A stretch of DNA of 64,000 bases, from positions 162,566,001-162,630,000 of the forward strand of contig NC_086097.1 in NCBI RefSeq assembly GCF_963921235.1, written 5' to 3'. The translations under genes were made by a program, and so were the position numbers. Source of the stretch: Mobula hypostoma (lineage: Eukaryota). The notes under the pieces were generated by a model that was given only the letters and a program-made list of their open reading frames with translations, was not told the DNA's origin and made no database searches. Of this stretch, positions 37,137-49,872 are shown in pieces (position 1 is the stretch's first letter; the number at the start of each line of letters is the position of its first letter).

Positions 37137-37597
37137 ACTGAAGGAAGAGTGAGTAAGGGATTTGAAAGTTGGAGGGGGAGGGGGAGATCCAAAATGATAG
37201 GAGAAGACAGGAGGGGGAGGGATGGAGCCAAGAGCTGGACAGGTGATAGGCAAAAGGGGATACGAGAGGATCATGGGACAGGAGGTCCAGGAAGAAAGAC
37301 AGGGGGGGGGTGACCCAGAGGATGGGCAAGAGGTATATTCAGAGGGACAGAGGGAGAAAAAGGAGAGTGAGAGAAAGAATGTGTGCATGAAAATGAGTAA
37401 CAGATGGGGTACGAGGGGGAGGTGGGGCATTAGCGGAAGTTAGAGAAGTCGATGTTCATGCCATCAGGTTGGAGGCTACCCAGACGGAATATAAGGTGTT
37501 GTTCCTCCAACCTGAGTGTGGCTTCATCTTTACAGTAGAGGAGGCCGTGGATAGACATGTCAGAATGGGAATGGGATGTGGAATTAAAATGTGTGGC

Positions 37598-40021
37598 GAT
37601 TGCGCAACCACCAACTGCGACTCCAGCCTTGAACTCCAGGCCGGATCTTTATGTGCTGCTATTGTGACTCCCGTCTCCCCTTCCCCCACCAATACTCTGC
37701 AATCCCGTCTCCTTCAGATCCCATCATCAGCTCCTGGGTACTCAGAGGCTCCATCTTCCTCTCACCCCAACCCTCCCCTCTCCACTGACACACCCAGCCT
37801 CCCCCCTCCCCTCTCTGATCCCAGCTCTCATCCGTGCCGGGTCTTTACCATCCCCTCCGACCTTCAACTGTCGGAGGCAGAATGCTCTGTTCTCAGTAAG
37901 GGCCTCACCTTTGTCCCCCTTCGCCCACACCTCAGTGAGTTCCGTGTTCGCCATGATGCGGAACTTTTCTTCCGCCGTCTCCGTCTCCGAGTCTACTTCT
38001 TCGGCAAGGACTCTTCCACCCCCACCGATGACCCCTTCTCCCGTCTTCAACCCTCCCCTTCTTCATGGACACCCCACTCTGGTCTTCTGCCTGCTCTGGA
38101 TCTCTTTATCGCTAATTGCCGACGGGACATCAACCGTCTCGACTTCACTGCACCTTGTCCCCATTCCAACCTCACTCCTTCGGAACGCTCTGCTCTCCAC
38201 TCCCTCCGCACTAATCCTAATCTTATTATTAAACCCGCCGATAAGGGGGGTGCTGTTGTAGTCTGGCGTACTGACCTCTACCTTGCCGAGGCACAGCGAC
38301 AACTCGCGGATACCTCCTCTTATTTACCCCTTGATCGTGACCCCACTAAGGAGCACCAAGCCATTGTCTCCCACACCATCACCGACTTTATTCGCTCAGG
38401 GGATCTCCCATCCACTGCTACCAACCTTATAGTTCCCACACCCCGCACTTCCCGTTTCTACCTCCTACCCAAGATCCACAAACCTGCCTGTCCTGGCCAA
38501 CCCATTGTCTCAGCTTGCTCCTGCCCCACCGAACTCGTTTCTGCATACCTGGACACGGTTTTATCACCCCTTGTTCAATCCCTTCCGACCTATGTTCGTG
38601 ACACTTCTCACGCTCTTAAACTTTTCGATGATTTTAAGTTCCCTGGCCCCCACCGCTTTATTTTCACCATGGATGTCCAGTCCTTATATACTTCCATCCC
38701 CCATCAGGAAGGTCTCAAAGCTCTACGCTTCTTTTTGGATTGCAGACCTAATCAGTTCCCCTCTACCACCACTCTGCTCCATCTAGCGGAATTAGTCCTT
38801 ACTCTTAATAATTTCTCCTTTTGCTCCTCCCACTTCCTCCAAACTAAAGGGGTAGCTATGGGCACCCGTATGGGTCCTAGCTATGCCTGCCTTTTTGTTG
38901 CATTTGTGGAACAATCTATGTTCCGTGCCTATTCTGGTATCTGTCCCCCACTTTTCCTTCGCTACATCGACGACTGCATTGGCGCTGCTTCCTGCACGCA
39001 TGCAGAACTCGTTGACTTCATTAATTTTGCCTCCAACTTTCACCCTGCCCTCGAGTTTACCTGGTCCATTTCTGACACCTCCCTCCCCTTTCTAGATCTT
39101 TCTGTCTCTGGAGACAGCTTACCCACTGATATCTACTATAAGCCTACTGACTCTCACAGCTATCTGGACTATTCCTCTTCTCACCCTGTCTCTTGCAAAA
39201 ACGCCATCCCCTTCTCGCAATTCCTCCGTCTCCGCCGCATCTGCTCTCAGGATGAGGCTTTTCATTCTAGGACGAGGGAGATGTCTTCCTTTTTTAAAGA
39301 AAGGGGCTTCCCTTCCTCCACTATCAACTCTGCTCTTAAATGCATCTCCCCCATTTCACGTACATCTGCTCTCACTCCATCCTCCCACCACCCCACTAGG
39401 AATAGGGTTCCCCTGGTCCTCACCTACCACCCCACCAGCCTCCGGGTCCAACATATTATTCTCCGTAACTTCCGCCACCTCCAACGGGATCCCACCACTA
39501 AGCACATCTTTCCCTCCCCCCCCCCCGCATTCCGCAGGGATTGCTCCCTACGCAACTCCCTTGTCCATTCGTCCCCCCCCATCCCTCCTCACTGATCTCC
39601 CTCCTGGCACTTATCCGCGTAAGTGGAACAAGTGCTACACATGCCCTTACACTTCCTCCCTTACCACCATTCAGGGCCCCAAACAGTCCTTCCAGGTGAG
39701 GCAACGCTTCACCTGTGAGTCGACTGGGGTGAAATACTGTGTCCAGTGCTCCCGATGTGGCCTTTTATATATTGGCGAGACCAGACGCAGACTGGGAGAC
39801 CGCTTTGCTGAACATCTACGCTCTGTCTGCCAGAGAAAGCAGGATCTCCCAGTGGCCACACATTTAATTCCACATCCCATTCCCATTCTGACATGTCTAT
39901 CCACGGCCTCCTCTACTGTAAAGATGAAGCCACACTCAGGTTGGAGGAACAACACCTTATATTCCGTCTGGGTAGCCTCCAACCTGATGGCATGAACATC
40001 GACTTCTCTAACTTCTGCTAA
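37598..40021 (+). pseudogene. PLE RT plus GIY-YIG endonuclease ORF (frameshifted)
   Basis: RT motifs KPADKGGAVVV, FYLLPKIHK, TMDVQSLYTSIPH, KGVAMGTRMGPSYA, RYIDDC, LPFLDL. After a frameshift near the poly-C tracts at 39513-39580: KCYTCPY...FTCESTGVKYCVQCSRCGLLYIGETRRRLGDRFAEH (Cys linker plus GIY-YIG). A second frameshift lies at about 39863. Confidence 0.93.
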
Positions 40022-40315
40022 GGCCCCACCTCCCCCTCGTACCCCATCTGTTACTTATTTTTATGCACACATTCTTTCTCTCACTCTCCTTTTTCTCCCT
40101 CTGTCCCTCTGAATATACCTTTTGCCCATCCTCTGGGTCCCGCCCCCCCCTTGTCTTTCTTCCCGGACCTCCTGTCCCATGATCCTCTTGTATCCCTTTT
40201 GCCAATCACCTGTCCAGCTCTTGGCTCTATCCCTCCCCCTCCTGTCTTCTCCTATCATTTTGGATCTCTCCCTCCCCCTCCAACTTTCAAATCCCTTACT
40301 CACTCTTCCTTCAGT

Positions 40316-40353
40316 TAGTCCTGACGAAGGGTGTCGGCCTGAAACGTCGACTG
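40316..40353 (+). ncRNA. Minimal type I hammerhead ribozyme motif in the PLE 3' repeat
   Basis: TAGTC-CTGACGA-A-GGGTgtcgGCCT-GAAA-CGTC-GACTG. Predicted cleavage after C40348. Confidence 0.75.
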
Positions 40354-42162
40354 CACCTCTTCCTACAGATGCTGCCTGGCCTGCTGCGTTCACCAGCAAC
40401 TTTAATGTGTGTTGCTTGAATTTCCAGCATCTGCAGAATTCCTGTTGTCTGCTCATAGTTTTATTGGCATTATACTATAGGAAACCACAACTCTTATCAG
40501 AAATGTGGATACACTTATACTTGGAAGTGTTGCCTTGTTAGTAGAGGTTTTCATGTTTATTTGTTTTGACCTTGTACATCTTGGAGTGCTTTTGACATAT
40601 CCACTATGTTCACTAATGTTATATCATTGATTCATTTTTTAAAAAACTGCAGATGCCAGTAATCAGAAACAAAAAAAAAACCCAGAAAATGCTGGAAATA
40701 TCTCAGTAAGTTGGACTACATCAATGGAAAGAGAAACAGAATTAACATTTTGAGTTGGACATTAGTTTCTGAGTCAGATGTAAAAAGGGGTGGGGGGAGG
40801 AAAGTGCGAAAACCCAGGGTCTTTTTGGTGCAGATTCACGATTAGTGTGCTGAGTGTGGCTGGAAAGGTCAAAGTTAAAGAGGGGAGTACATCATCAGCG
40901 TGTCAGTTCAGTGCTCGTATCGGGGGATAAAAGAGTCATCCTGTGAATTCCCAGTCATGATCATTGCTGGGACTATGAGGTCAGTGTAAGTTCCCAACAG
41001 TTCTTCAAAGGACATTGGACATCATCTTGTGTATGACAGATGTGGAGATTGTGCAAAGATGCTTTGCATGGGGAATTCAAATTTCCAACTTAACATTAAA
41101 ATGGTCATTACTGTGATTTAATTGTCAGTATATTGCTGGAAAAATGGTTTGTTTGCTTTGACCCTTTGTTTCTTTTCATCTCTTTACTGATTATTCAGGA
41201 ACCAATCATTGGAAGCAAAGGATCTTCCAAAGTAATGGAGCTGCTTTGGATGTTATTGATAGTTGAGGGCCTTAAAATGACAATATTAATTTTACTACCA
41301 CTTTACAATAGGCAAACATTTTCAGAACACATTTACAACTAGCTGTCTAAAGGTTTGTAGATACCTTTTAACATGGATTAATAACTGGGGGGGCAGGGAG
41401 ATGTCCCTGATAAATTACACCTTCAGATAGAGGAGAGGCCTTACATTCATGGCTGCAAGTGATTGGGATCCTAAATAAACATCTGCAAGTGGTTGAGGCC
41501 TTCATTCATGTGGGATGGCGAGACTGTGAGGTATTGAGATGTGCATTGAGATGGGGGAGAGGTTTGTGATGAAGGCTGGTGGAATGGTGAGATAGGTCTT
41601 TAGAGGGCTCTGGTCTGAGGAGGAGTTGATATTCCTTCAGCCCAGCCAGAAATGTCAGGGGTGGAGTGAAACCTCCTGACCCAGCGAAGGTTGTGAGTGC
41701 ATCTTGCTGCCTTCAGCCATAAAAAGCTATTAACTTTATCTCCCTCTCATCGCTGAGTTTCCCTGGGGATATCCTTCAGTAACAACTCTCTCACTTTTGA
41801 AGTGGGAGCTTATTTAAATATCTGGTGATTTCCTTGTCACCACGCTCCAAACCTCTTCTACCTGGGATGGTAGGGATTGGAAAGAGTTAATATGGAGATC
41901 ACAAACGCAACATTTCTCTAATTGTAATCCACTTTCTTTTTTAATTAGTCCCCAAGAGTTAGAATAGAAGAACTTCCAGGACAGTTGTAATTCATGGTGC
42001 TCTGCTGAAGCCACCTGATGTGGAGATGGCTATTTATTATCCAAGTTTCCTGTATGTTTTCTTTCCTCAATCACAACACTGTGTATCTGTTTAAAAATAT
42101 ACCATTCTGACAATTTTCTCTAACAAAAATGATGTGCCCCTGAAAGGATCATGACAGAAGAG

Positions 42163-43340
42163 ATAGAAACATAGAAAACCTACAGCACAGTAGAGGCCCT
42201 TCGGCCCACAAAGCTCTGCCAAACATGTCCTTACCGTAAAAATTACCTAGGGTTACCCATAGCCCTCTATTTTTCTGAGCCCCATATACCTGTCCAGGAG
42301 TCTCTTAAAAAAACCCTATCGTATCCGCCTCCACCACCGTTGCCGGGAGCCCATTCCACGCACTCACCACTCTGAGTTTTAAAAAAAATCTTACCCCTGA
42401 CATCTCCTCTGTACCTATTTCCAAGCACCTTAAAACTGTGTCCTCTTGTGCTAGCTATTTCAGCCCTGGGAAAAAGCCTCTGACTATCCACACGGTCAAT
42501 GCCTCTCATCATCTTGTACACCCCAATCAGGTCACCTCTCATCTTCCATCACTCCTAGGAAAAAAGGCTGTGTTCACTCAATCTACTCTCATTAGGCATG
42601 CTCTCCAATCCATGCAACATCCTTGAAAATCTCCTCTGCTCCCTTTCTATGGTTTCCACATCTTTCCTGTAGTGAGGCGACCAGAACTGAGCACAGAACT
42701 CCAAGTGGGGTCTGACCAGGGTCCTATATAGCTGCAACATTACCTCTCGGCTCTTAAATTCAATGCCACGATTGATGAAGGCCAATGCGCCGTATGTTTT
42801 CTTAACCATAGGATCAACCTGCGCAGCAGCTTTGAGTGTCCTGTGGATTCAGACCCCAAAATCCCTCTGATCTTCCACACTGCCAAGAGTTTTACCATTA
42901 ATACTATATTCTATCATCATATTTGACCTACCAAAATGAACCACTGCACACTTATCTGGGTTGAACTCCATCTGCCACTTCTCAGCCCAGTTTTGCATCC
43001 TATCAATGTCCCGTTGTAACCTCTGACAGCCCTCCATACTATCCACAACATACCCAACCTTTGTGTCATCAGCAAATTTACTAACCCATCCCTCCACTTC
43101 CTCATCCAGGTCATTTATAAAAATCACGAAGAGTAGGGGTCCCAGATCAGATCCCTGAGACACATGACTGGTGACTGACCTCCATGCAGAATATAACCCG
43201 TCTTCAACCACTCTGTCTTCTGTGGGTCCACAAAGCAGTGTCCCCTTGGATCCCATGCCTCCTTACTTTCTCAATAAGCCTTGCATGGGGTACCTTGTCA
43301 AACGCCTTGCTGAAATCCATATACACTACATCTACTGCTC
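42163..43340 (-). mobile_element. 5'-truncated CR1 LINE (same subfamily as 8355-11925)
   Basis: SQGSDLGPLLFVIFINDLD...FADDTKVG and LYRTLVRPHLEFCAQFWSP. Tail reads 'atagaaacatagaaa' on the + strand. Confidence 0.93.
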
Positions 43341-44534
43341 TATACTGATATTGCAACGTTTGCAACTACAAGCTGACCTACGGCACAGAAATAAAATGTG
43401 ATCTGATTTCTGTAGCAAAACCTGCAAATCATGCTTCCCTTGTTTGTACTGACGTTGTTCATTGTGGCGGAGTAATACTTCCTTTATTTCTTTTGTCACA
43501 CCAATTAAAGGGAATAATTAAAATTTTAGGGGGAGGGGTGTGGGAGGGGGAGAGAAGATGACCAATTTAGCTACTAATCTTTTGTAAAACCTCTGTTCCC
43601 CACTGCGCTAAATTGGTGTTCAGCACAAAATTACTGATTCTGTTGGATGTGCTGGGTCAAAACAGATAACATTAGCCACATGAAGCATCAGAGTGAAACC
43701 AGGATACATCAGAGAAGCTACAGTAACATGGATTCTTGGTGCTGTTTGTGTCACATGAGCTGGGAAATTCTGCTTCATGAGAATTCAGTATCCTATAGAG
43801 TTAAATACTTGCATGAAAAGGAACTAACCCTTGCTTCCCTTTAAAAATCTGCTAGTATATCCCCAACATTATTATTAGTTGGAAGGTGGGGTTTTTTTGA
43901 AATAAAAAATCAACTTCCTGGTTATTTGGAAAGTTACGCATGTCAACATCTCATATTTTTTCTTGGCACCAGTGACTGGAGCACTGGCAACTTTCTGGAA
44001 CAAAGCTTCACACTTGCTGGTTAATTCTTTAAAGGGAGAAAACAAGCAAGGGGACCCAAGTGCCCTCGAGTGCAGAAACCATGTGAGTTGCTTGATTCTT
44101 TTTTTAAAATGTAATGTCCTTGTGCTCTTTGAGCTATTGCTTGAATTCCAATCACCTATGTTCAGATTTTGCCTGAAATTCATTGTAATGGTTCCACCTT
44201 CAGAAATGATATATGGAGGCCCCTCTTGCAAAACTCTTAAACATGTGTTGGGGCTCTGAGAATTTTCGTTAGTCATTCCACAATAAGCAGAGCAACATGA
44301 GTCGGTAATAAAAGCAGAAAATTTGGAAGTGTTTAGCAAGTTAGGCAGTAACTGCAGAAAAAGAAACAGTTAACATTTTGGATCTGCATTCCTTCAACTA
44401 AATGAGGATGATTGTTGAGTTTACCAGCATTTTCTGCTTTTCTTTTGGATTTCCAGAATGTACAGTTTTTTAAATCTTTAGTTTGGGTTTCCGCTTGTAC
44501 TATTGGAATTGAGAAGCTAACCTCTTTATACCCA

Positions 44535-45398
44535 ACTTTTGCTTTCCATATGGATCACTCCCTTCGTGATTCCCTTGTCCATTCGTCCCTCACACTTATC
44601 TCCCTCCTGGCACTTACCTCTACTGGTAGCAGAAGTGCAACACCTGCCTGATCACCTCTTCCCTCACTTCCATTCAGGGCTCCAAACGTTCCTTCCAGGT
44701 GAAGCAATACTTCACCTGTGAATCTGTTTGGGTGGTCTGTTGTATCTGGTGCTCCCAATGCAGCCTCCTCTACCATGGTGAGACCCGTTGTAGGTTGGGG
44801 GACCGCTTTGTTAAGCATCTGTGCTCCATCCACAAAATGCGAAATTTCCTGGTGGCCAACCATTTAAGTTCTGATTCCCATTCCAAAATGTCGGTCTATG
44901 GCCTCCACTCCAACCATGCTGAGGCCACTCTCAGGCTAAAGAGCAATACAGGGTACCTCATATTCTGTGTAGATAGTCTCCAACCTGATGGCATGAACAT
45001 AGTTGTCCAACTTCCACTTATTTTCCCCCCTCTTCTTCCCCCTTCAATTCCCTGGCCTCTTACCTCTTCCTCTCACCTGCTTATCACCTCTCCCTGGTGC
45101 CCTCACTTCGCTTTCTCTCATGGTCCACTCCTTTTTTGTGAGATTTCTTCTTCTCCAGCCCTTTACCCTTCCCACCTATCACCTCCCAGTTTCTTACCTT
45201 ATCACCCCTCCCCCACTCACCTGTCTTCGCCTTTCGCCTTCTGGCTTATCCTCCTTCCCCCTCCCACCACCACCTTATTCTGGCATCTTCCACCTTCCTT
45301 TTCAGTCTGGAAGAAGGGTCTCTGCCCAAAACGCTGACTGTTTATTCATTTCCATAGATGCCAGCCTACCTGCTGAGCTCCCCCAGTGCTTTGTGTAT
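44535..45398 (+). mobile_element. Old PLE 3' fragment
   Basis: FTCESVWVVCCIWCSQCSLLYHGETRCRLGDRFVKHL (decayed GIY-YIG) and a decayed hammerhead at about 45303. Confidence 0.85.
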
Positions 45399-47324
45399 GG
45401 GTTACTGTTTCCCTCTTCAGTGTTCTTCATCTCTTTTATGCCTCAGTGCAAAATTTGACCTCATTCCTCTTGTGATGTGGTACAATATTTTGTCGTCGTG
45501 TGTCAGGAATATTCAAACACAGTGGTTAAATTTGCAACTGAGATTTGAATTCCAACATAGTAAACAACATTTATATTTATTTGTTCATGTTTTTTCTCTC
45601 TCTCTCTAACCACCCTCATGAATCTATCAACTGGATGACTTCGTCTTGAGTTCATCCCCACAACAATCCTGACCTCATTCTCTCTGAAATATATCCTCCT
45701 CTGTTGTTTTCTCTCTCTTACCCAGTTCTGATGAAAGACCTTGAACTTGGAACATTCATTCTGTTTCTATTCCTATGGATCCTGCCTTCTGATTATGGTT
45801 ATCATTTTGAATTCAGCACAATTATATCACTAAGCAAAGACCTCTTTGGGTGTGCATCACCTGTCTTGTGCGCCTTGCTCACTGTCCACTCTGTGGAGTG
45901 GGATGCCACAATGGAGCAGACAGTAGAACCACTGCTTCACAGCCTTAGTGGCTGGGTTCCATCCTGAGCTCAGGAGCTGTTTATGTGGAGTGTACAGCAG
46001 AGACATAGCAGCTCAAACTGAAGGTTGATAAGATGCGTTTAACATGGTGAAATAAACCGAAGTAGTTACTGAGCTGCATGCTATCACATGTCAATGTTTC
46101 AACAGAGCCCTTCAAGTAATTCATAAATTGAAAGGTGTTAGGTACTTGGAAGGAAAAGTGTTAATGCCACTGACCAGGGGAACAGAAGTAAGCAGAAGGC
46201 ACATCCGGGGAGTGGTCACAGATGTGATGGGCTTGACGTCCATTATCATTGCTGTGAAATGATTGTATGTTTTGACATTGGGTTAATTTACAATGAAAGT
46301 CAGAAGGGATTCAGACAGTTCCTTCTGGAAGAGACTTGATGCACAAGGATAGCTTCGTTGGGAAGAACTTCAGCTGTTCTTTACAGACAGCTGGCCTCCA
46401 AACATAGATTTAAATTTAATTTATGTAAATAATTTTGGAATCAACTATTTGGAAACTGTAGATGTATTCTATTTAGAAATAGTCTCCACTAATGTTATGT
46501 GCCTGTATTTGTTCTGATGAAGTTTGATGTCTGTAGGGGTTTAGTTTACGTGTGTTTTAATCTTTTCAGCAGCACAGACATGTTACTGGTGAACCTGTGA
46601 CTTGTGTGAGCCTTTGGCTCTTAAAAAAAAAGATATTTTAAGGCTGGTTTTCAGCCGCTTGTAACTCATTTAAAACAAAACATACTTATGGACAAATTTT
46701 ACCATATGGCCAGTTCTAGTTGAGTGGGTAGTGATATGGTTTGTTAACAGAGTGGTTCTATCACTGGGCTAACCACTCAGAATCCTTTCACTGATTTACA
46801 ATAATGAGTTTTAATTTAGCTAATAACTAAATTTAGAGTTGTGAAGCCAAAATCAGTTTAATAACTGTTGAAAAAACCGGTCTGGTTCACTGTGAAGAAG
46901 AAGGAAATCTTTACCTGGTCTGACCTACTATTCATGTGACTTTCTACCTCCAGTAAGGTAATGATTATGAACCTTCCTCTGAAACTGATGGCAGAACAAT
47001 AAACCCAAGGTTATTGGGGATGGGGGGGAATGGGGGAACTGGGGACTGACGATAAATGTGGGACTTGTCACCAAAAAGTGAATGAATCCACTTTAAAAAT
47101 AAATAAATAAACCTCTGTAGTAAAGTGCTTTTTGGAAAACAATCATATAGTCATGGTTCTCCAGTATCTGTAGATTTCTCTTGTTTATGCAGTCATGGAG
47201 TCAGCTGAGAAAAAGTATACAAGGTTGAAATGACAAAAGTTAACAAAGTTTATCAGAGATGAATGGTGCCCTTTTCAAGAAATTTTGGGTTCATACTCAA
47301 CATGGATAAAAGAAAGAGGGGTAA

Positions 47325-47690
47325 ACTATTAAAATGTGTAAGGTTCTAAGAGTGCTTGACAAAGGTGGTACTGAGATGATTCAGCTTGTGGGTGAAATCC
47401 AAAACTGTGGGTCATGGTTTCAAAATAAAAGGTCACTCATTTTAAGAAGGTCATAAGGAGGATTTTTTTCTTAAGTTTATTTGCCTTTGAAATTCTCTGT
47501 CCTGAAGAGTTGTGGGAGTTAATCACAGTATATATTCAAGGCCAACACAGAGGGGTTATTGACCTGTAAGGGAGTAAATTGGCAAGAAATTAGAGCTGAG
47601 GCCAAGAACAGATTGGCCATGTTTGGAATTAATGGAGGAGGAGGCTTGAAGTGTGAAATGGCCGATTCCTGCTCGTATTCCTATGTCTTT
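47325..47690 (+). mobile_element. Old CR1 3' fragment
   Basis: Colinear with the CR1 3' end at 6740-7140. Ends 'cctgctcgtattcctatgtc'. Confidence 0.6.
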
Positions 47691-48483
47691 GGGTGGCTTT
47701 TACTGCGATGTTCACCATTTCTCATATCGGAATTTTATTCCAGGATTTATTCAGATAACTGTGATTGACAGTCACAATGGGATTAGAACTCATGTTTCAG
47801 GATCAGACCCTAGATTGCTAGTCCAATAACATAAACCCTTTGCTGCCATTCACCTTTAGAAGTATTCAATTTATGTAAACGAGCAACTACAGCACAGAAA
47901 GAGGCTGTTTGATCTAACCAGTCACTGCTAATTATTAATTTTATTTCTTTACCTATCTTTCTGGTTAGACAAAAGAAGCCAGTTAGACTGTTGAGTTTTC
48001 CCATTTTTGAAGCAATTCCACACAGCTTAGTTCCCTGTTATATGTTCTCCGTGAGATTTCCTTTAGCAACCCCCCCCCCCACTATCTAGCTGCATCAAGG
48101 GTAATTTACAGTAATTAGTTAACCAACCTGTTGGCACTCCTTTTGGGATGAAACAGAAAGGAAACCGGAGGAATTCGTGCGGTCAAAGCGAGAACATGAC
48201 AACTCTGTGTAGGTGGTCAGAATTAACGTTGGGTTGCTGGGGGTATGAGGCGAACTTGTTGCTCTCCATGTTTCAGCCAAGCCTCCCTCATCATCTGACC
48301 TCAACATCATATTCTTACTCCCCATTTTTTTTAAGCACATGCTATTGTTCTCAACATTTCAAGATACAGAATTTTTTGCACTGGAAAGGTTCAAAGTTTA
48401 AAAAAAAGATTGAGAGAGAAACAGAGTTAATGTTTCAGGCTGAAGATCGCTTTCAGTTTAACCTGAAATATTAACTTCTCAGA

Positions 48484-49872
48484 GATGACACAAAGGTTGG
48501 AGGTGTTGTGAATACTGTGGAGGGCTATCAGAGGTTACAGCGGGACATTGATAGGATGCAAAACTGGGCTGAGAAGTCAGATAAGTGTGAAGTGGTTCAT
48601 TTTGGTAGGTCAAATATGATGGCAGAATATAGTATTAATGGTAAGACTCTTGGCAGTGTGGAGGATCAGAGGGATCTTGGGGTCCGAGTCCATAGGACGC
48701 TCAAAGCAGTTGCGCAGGTTGACTCTGTGGTTAAGAAGGCATATGGTGTATCGGCTTTCATCAATCGTGGAATTGAATTTAGGAGCCGAGGGGTAATGTT
48801 GCAGCTATATAGGACCCTGGTCAGACCCCACTTGGAGTACTGTGCTCTGTTCTGGTTGCCTCAGTACAGGAAGGTTGGGGAAACCATAGAAAGTGTGCAG
48901 AGGAGATTTACAAGGATGTTGCCTGGATTGGGGAGCATGCCTTATGAAAACAGGTTGAGTGAACTCTACCTTTTCTCCTTGAGCGACGGAAGATGAGAGG
49001 TGACCTGATAAAGGTGTATAAGATGATGAGAGGCACTGATTGTGTGGATAGTCAGAGGTTTTTCCCCAGGGCTGAAATGGCTGCCACGAGAGGGTACAGG
49101 TTTAAGGTGCTTGGGAGTAGGTACAGAGGAGATGTCAGGGGCAGGTTTTTTTACACAGACAGTGGTGAGTGCGTGGAATGGGCTGCGGTGGTGGAGGTGG
49201 ATACGATAGGGTCTTTTAAGAGACTTTAGGATAGGTACATGGAGCTTAGAAAAATAGAGGGCTTTGGGTAAGCCTAGTAATTTCTAAGGTAGGGAGGGGC
49301 ATGTTCGGCACAACTTTGTGGGCTTTGTACAATTTTGTACAGTTCTGGTCAGCTAACTATAGGCAGGGTATCAGTAAGATTGAAAGAGTGCAGAGAAGAT
49401 TTATTAGGATGTTGCCGGGTCTTCAGGAATTGAGTTACAGGGAAAGGTTGAACAGGTTAGGACTTTATTCCTTGGAGCGTAGAAGAATGAGGGGAGATTT
49501 GATAGAGGTTTACAAAATTATGAGGGGTACAGACAGAGTAAATGTGAATAGGCTCTTTCCACTTAGATTAGGAGAGATAAATACGAGAGGACATGGCTTT
49601 AGCGTGAAGGGGGAAAGGTTTAAGGGGAACATTAGGGGGAACTTCTTCACAGAGTGGTGGGAGCGTGGAATGAGCTGCCATCTGACGTGGTAATGTGGGC
49701 TCACTCTTAAGTTTTAAGAATAAGTTGGATAGGTACATGGATGGGAGAGGTCTGGACGGTTATGGATTGGATGCAGGTCAATGGGACTAGCAGAATTTTG
49801 TTTTGGCACAGACTAGAAGGGCCAAATGGCCTGTTTTCTGTGCTGTAGTGTTCTCTGTTCATTGGTTCTATG
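48484..49872 (+). mobile_element. Two abutting CR1 3' fragments from different subfamilies
   Basis: 48484-49324 runs from DDTKVGG to the 3' UTR (subfamily of 8355). At about 49330 the sequence restarts at VQFWS and runs to a 'gttctatggtt' tail. Confidence 0.9.

Larger units (their letters stand above)
37084..40448 (+). mobile_element. Penelope-like element (Neptune-type), 5'-truncated, with inverted 5' copy of the terminal repeat, 13-bp TSD
   Basis: TSD CTGCTCATAGTTT at 37071-37083 and 40449-40461. Region 37084-37597 is the reverse complement of about 39855-40368. Confidence 0.95.

Noticed and set aside
37469..37597. N-terminus of the 708-aa ORF as a real protein start
   Set aside because: It is antisense sequence from the inverted repeat (the same peptide appears in minus ORF 39671-39982) fused in frame by chance to the truncated RT.
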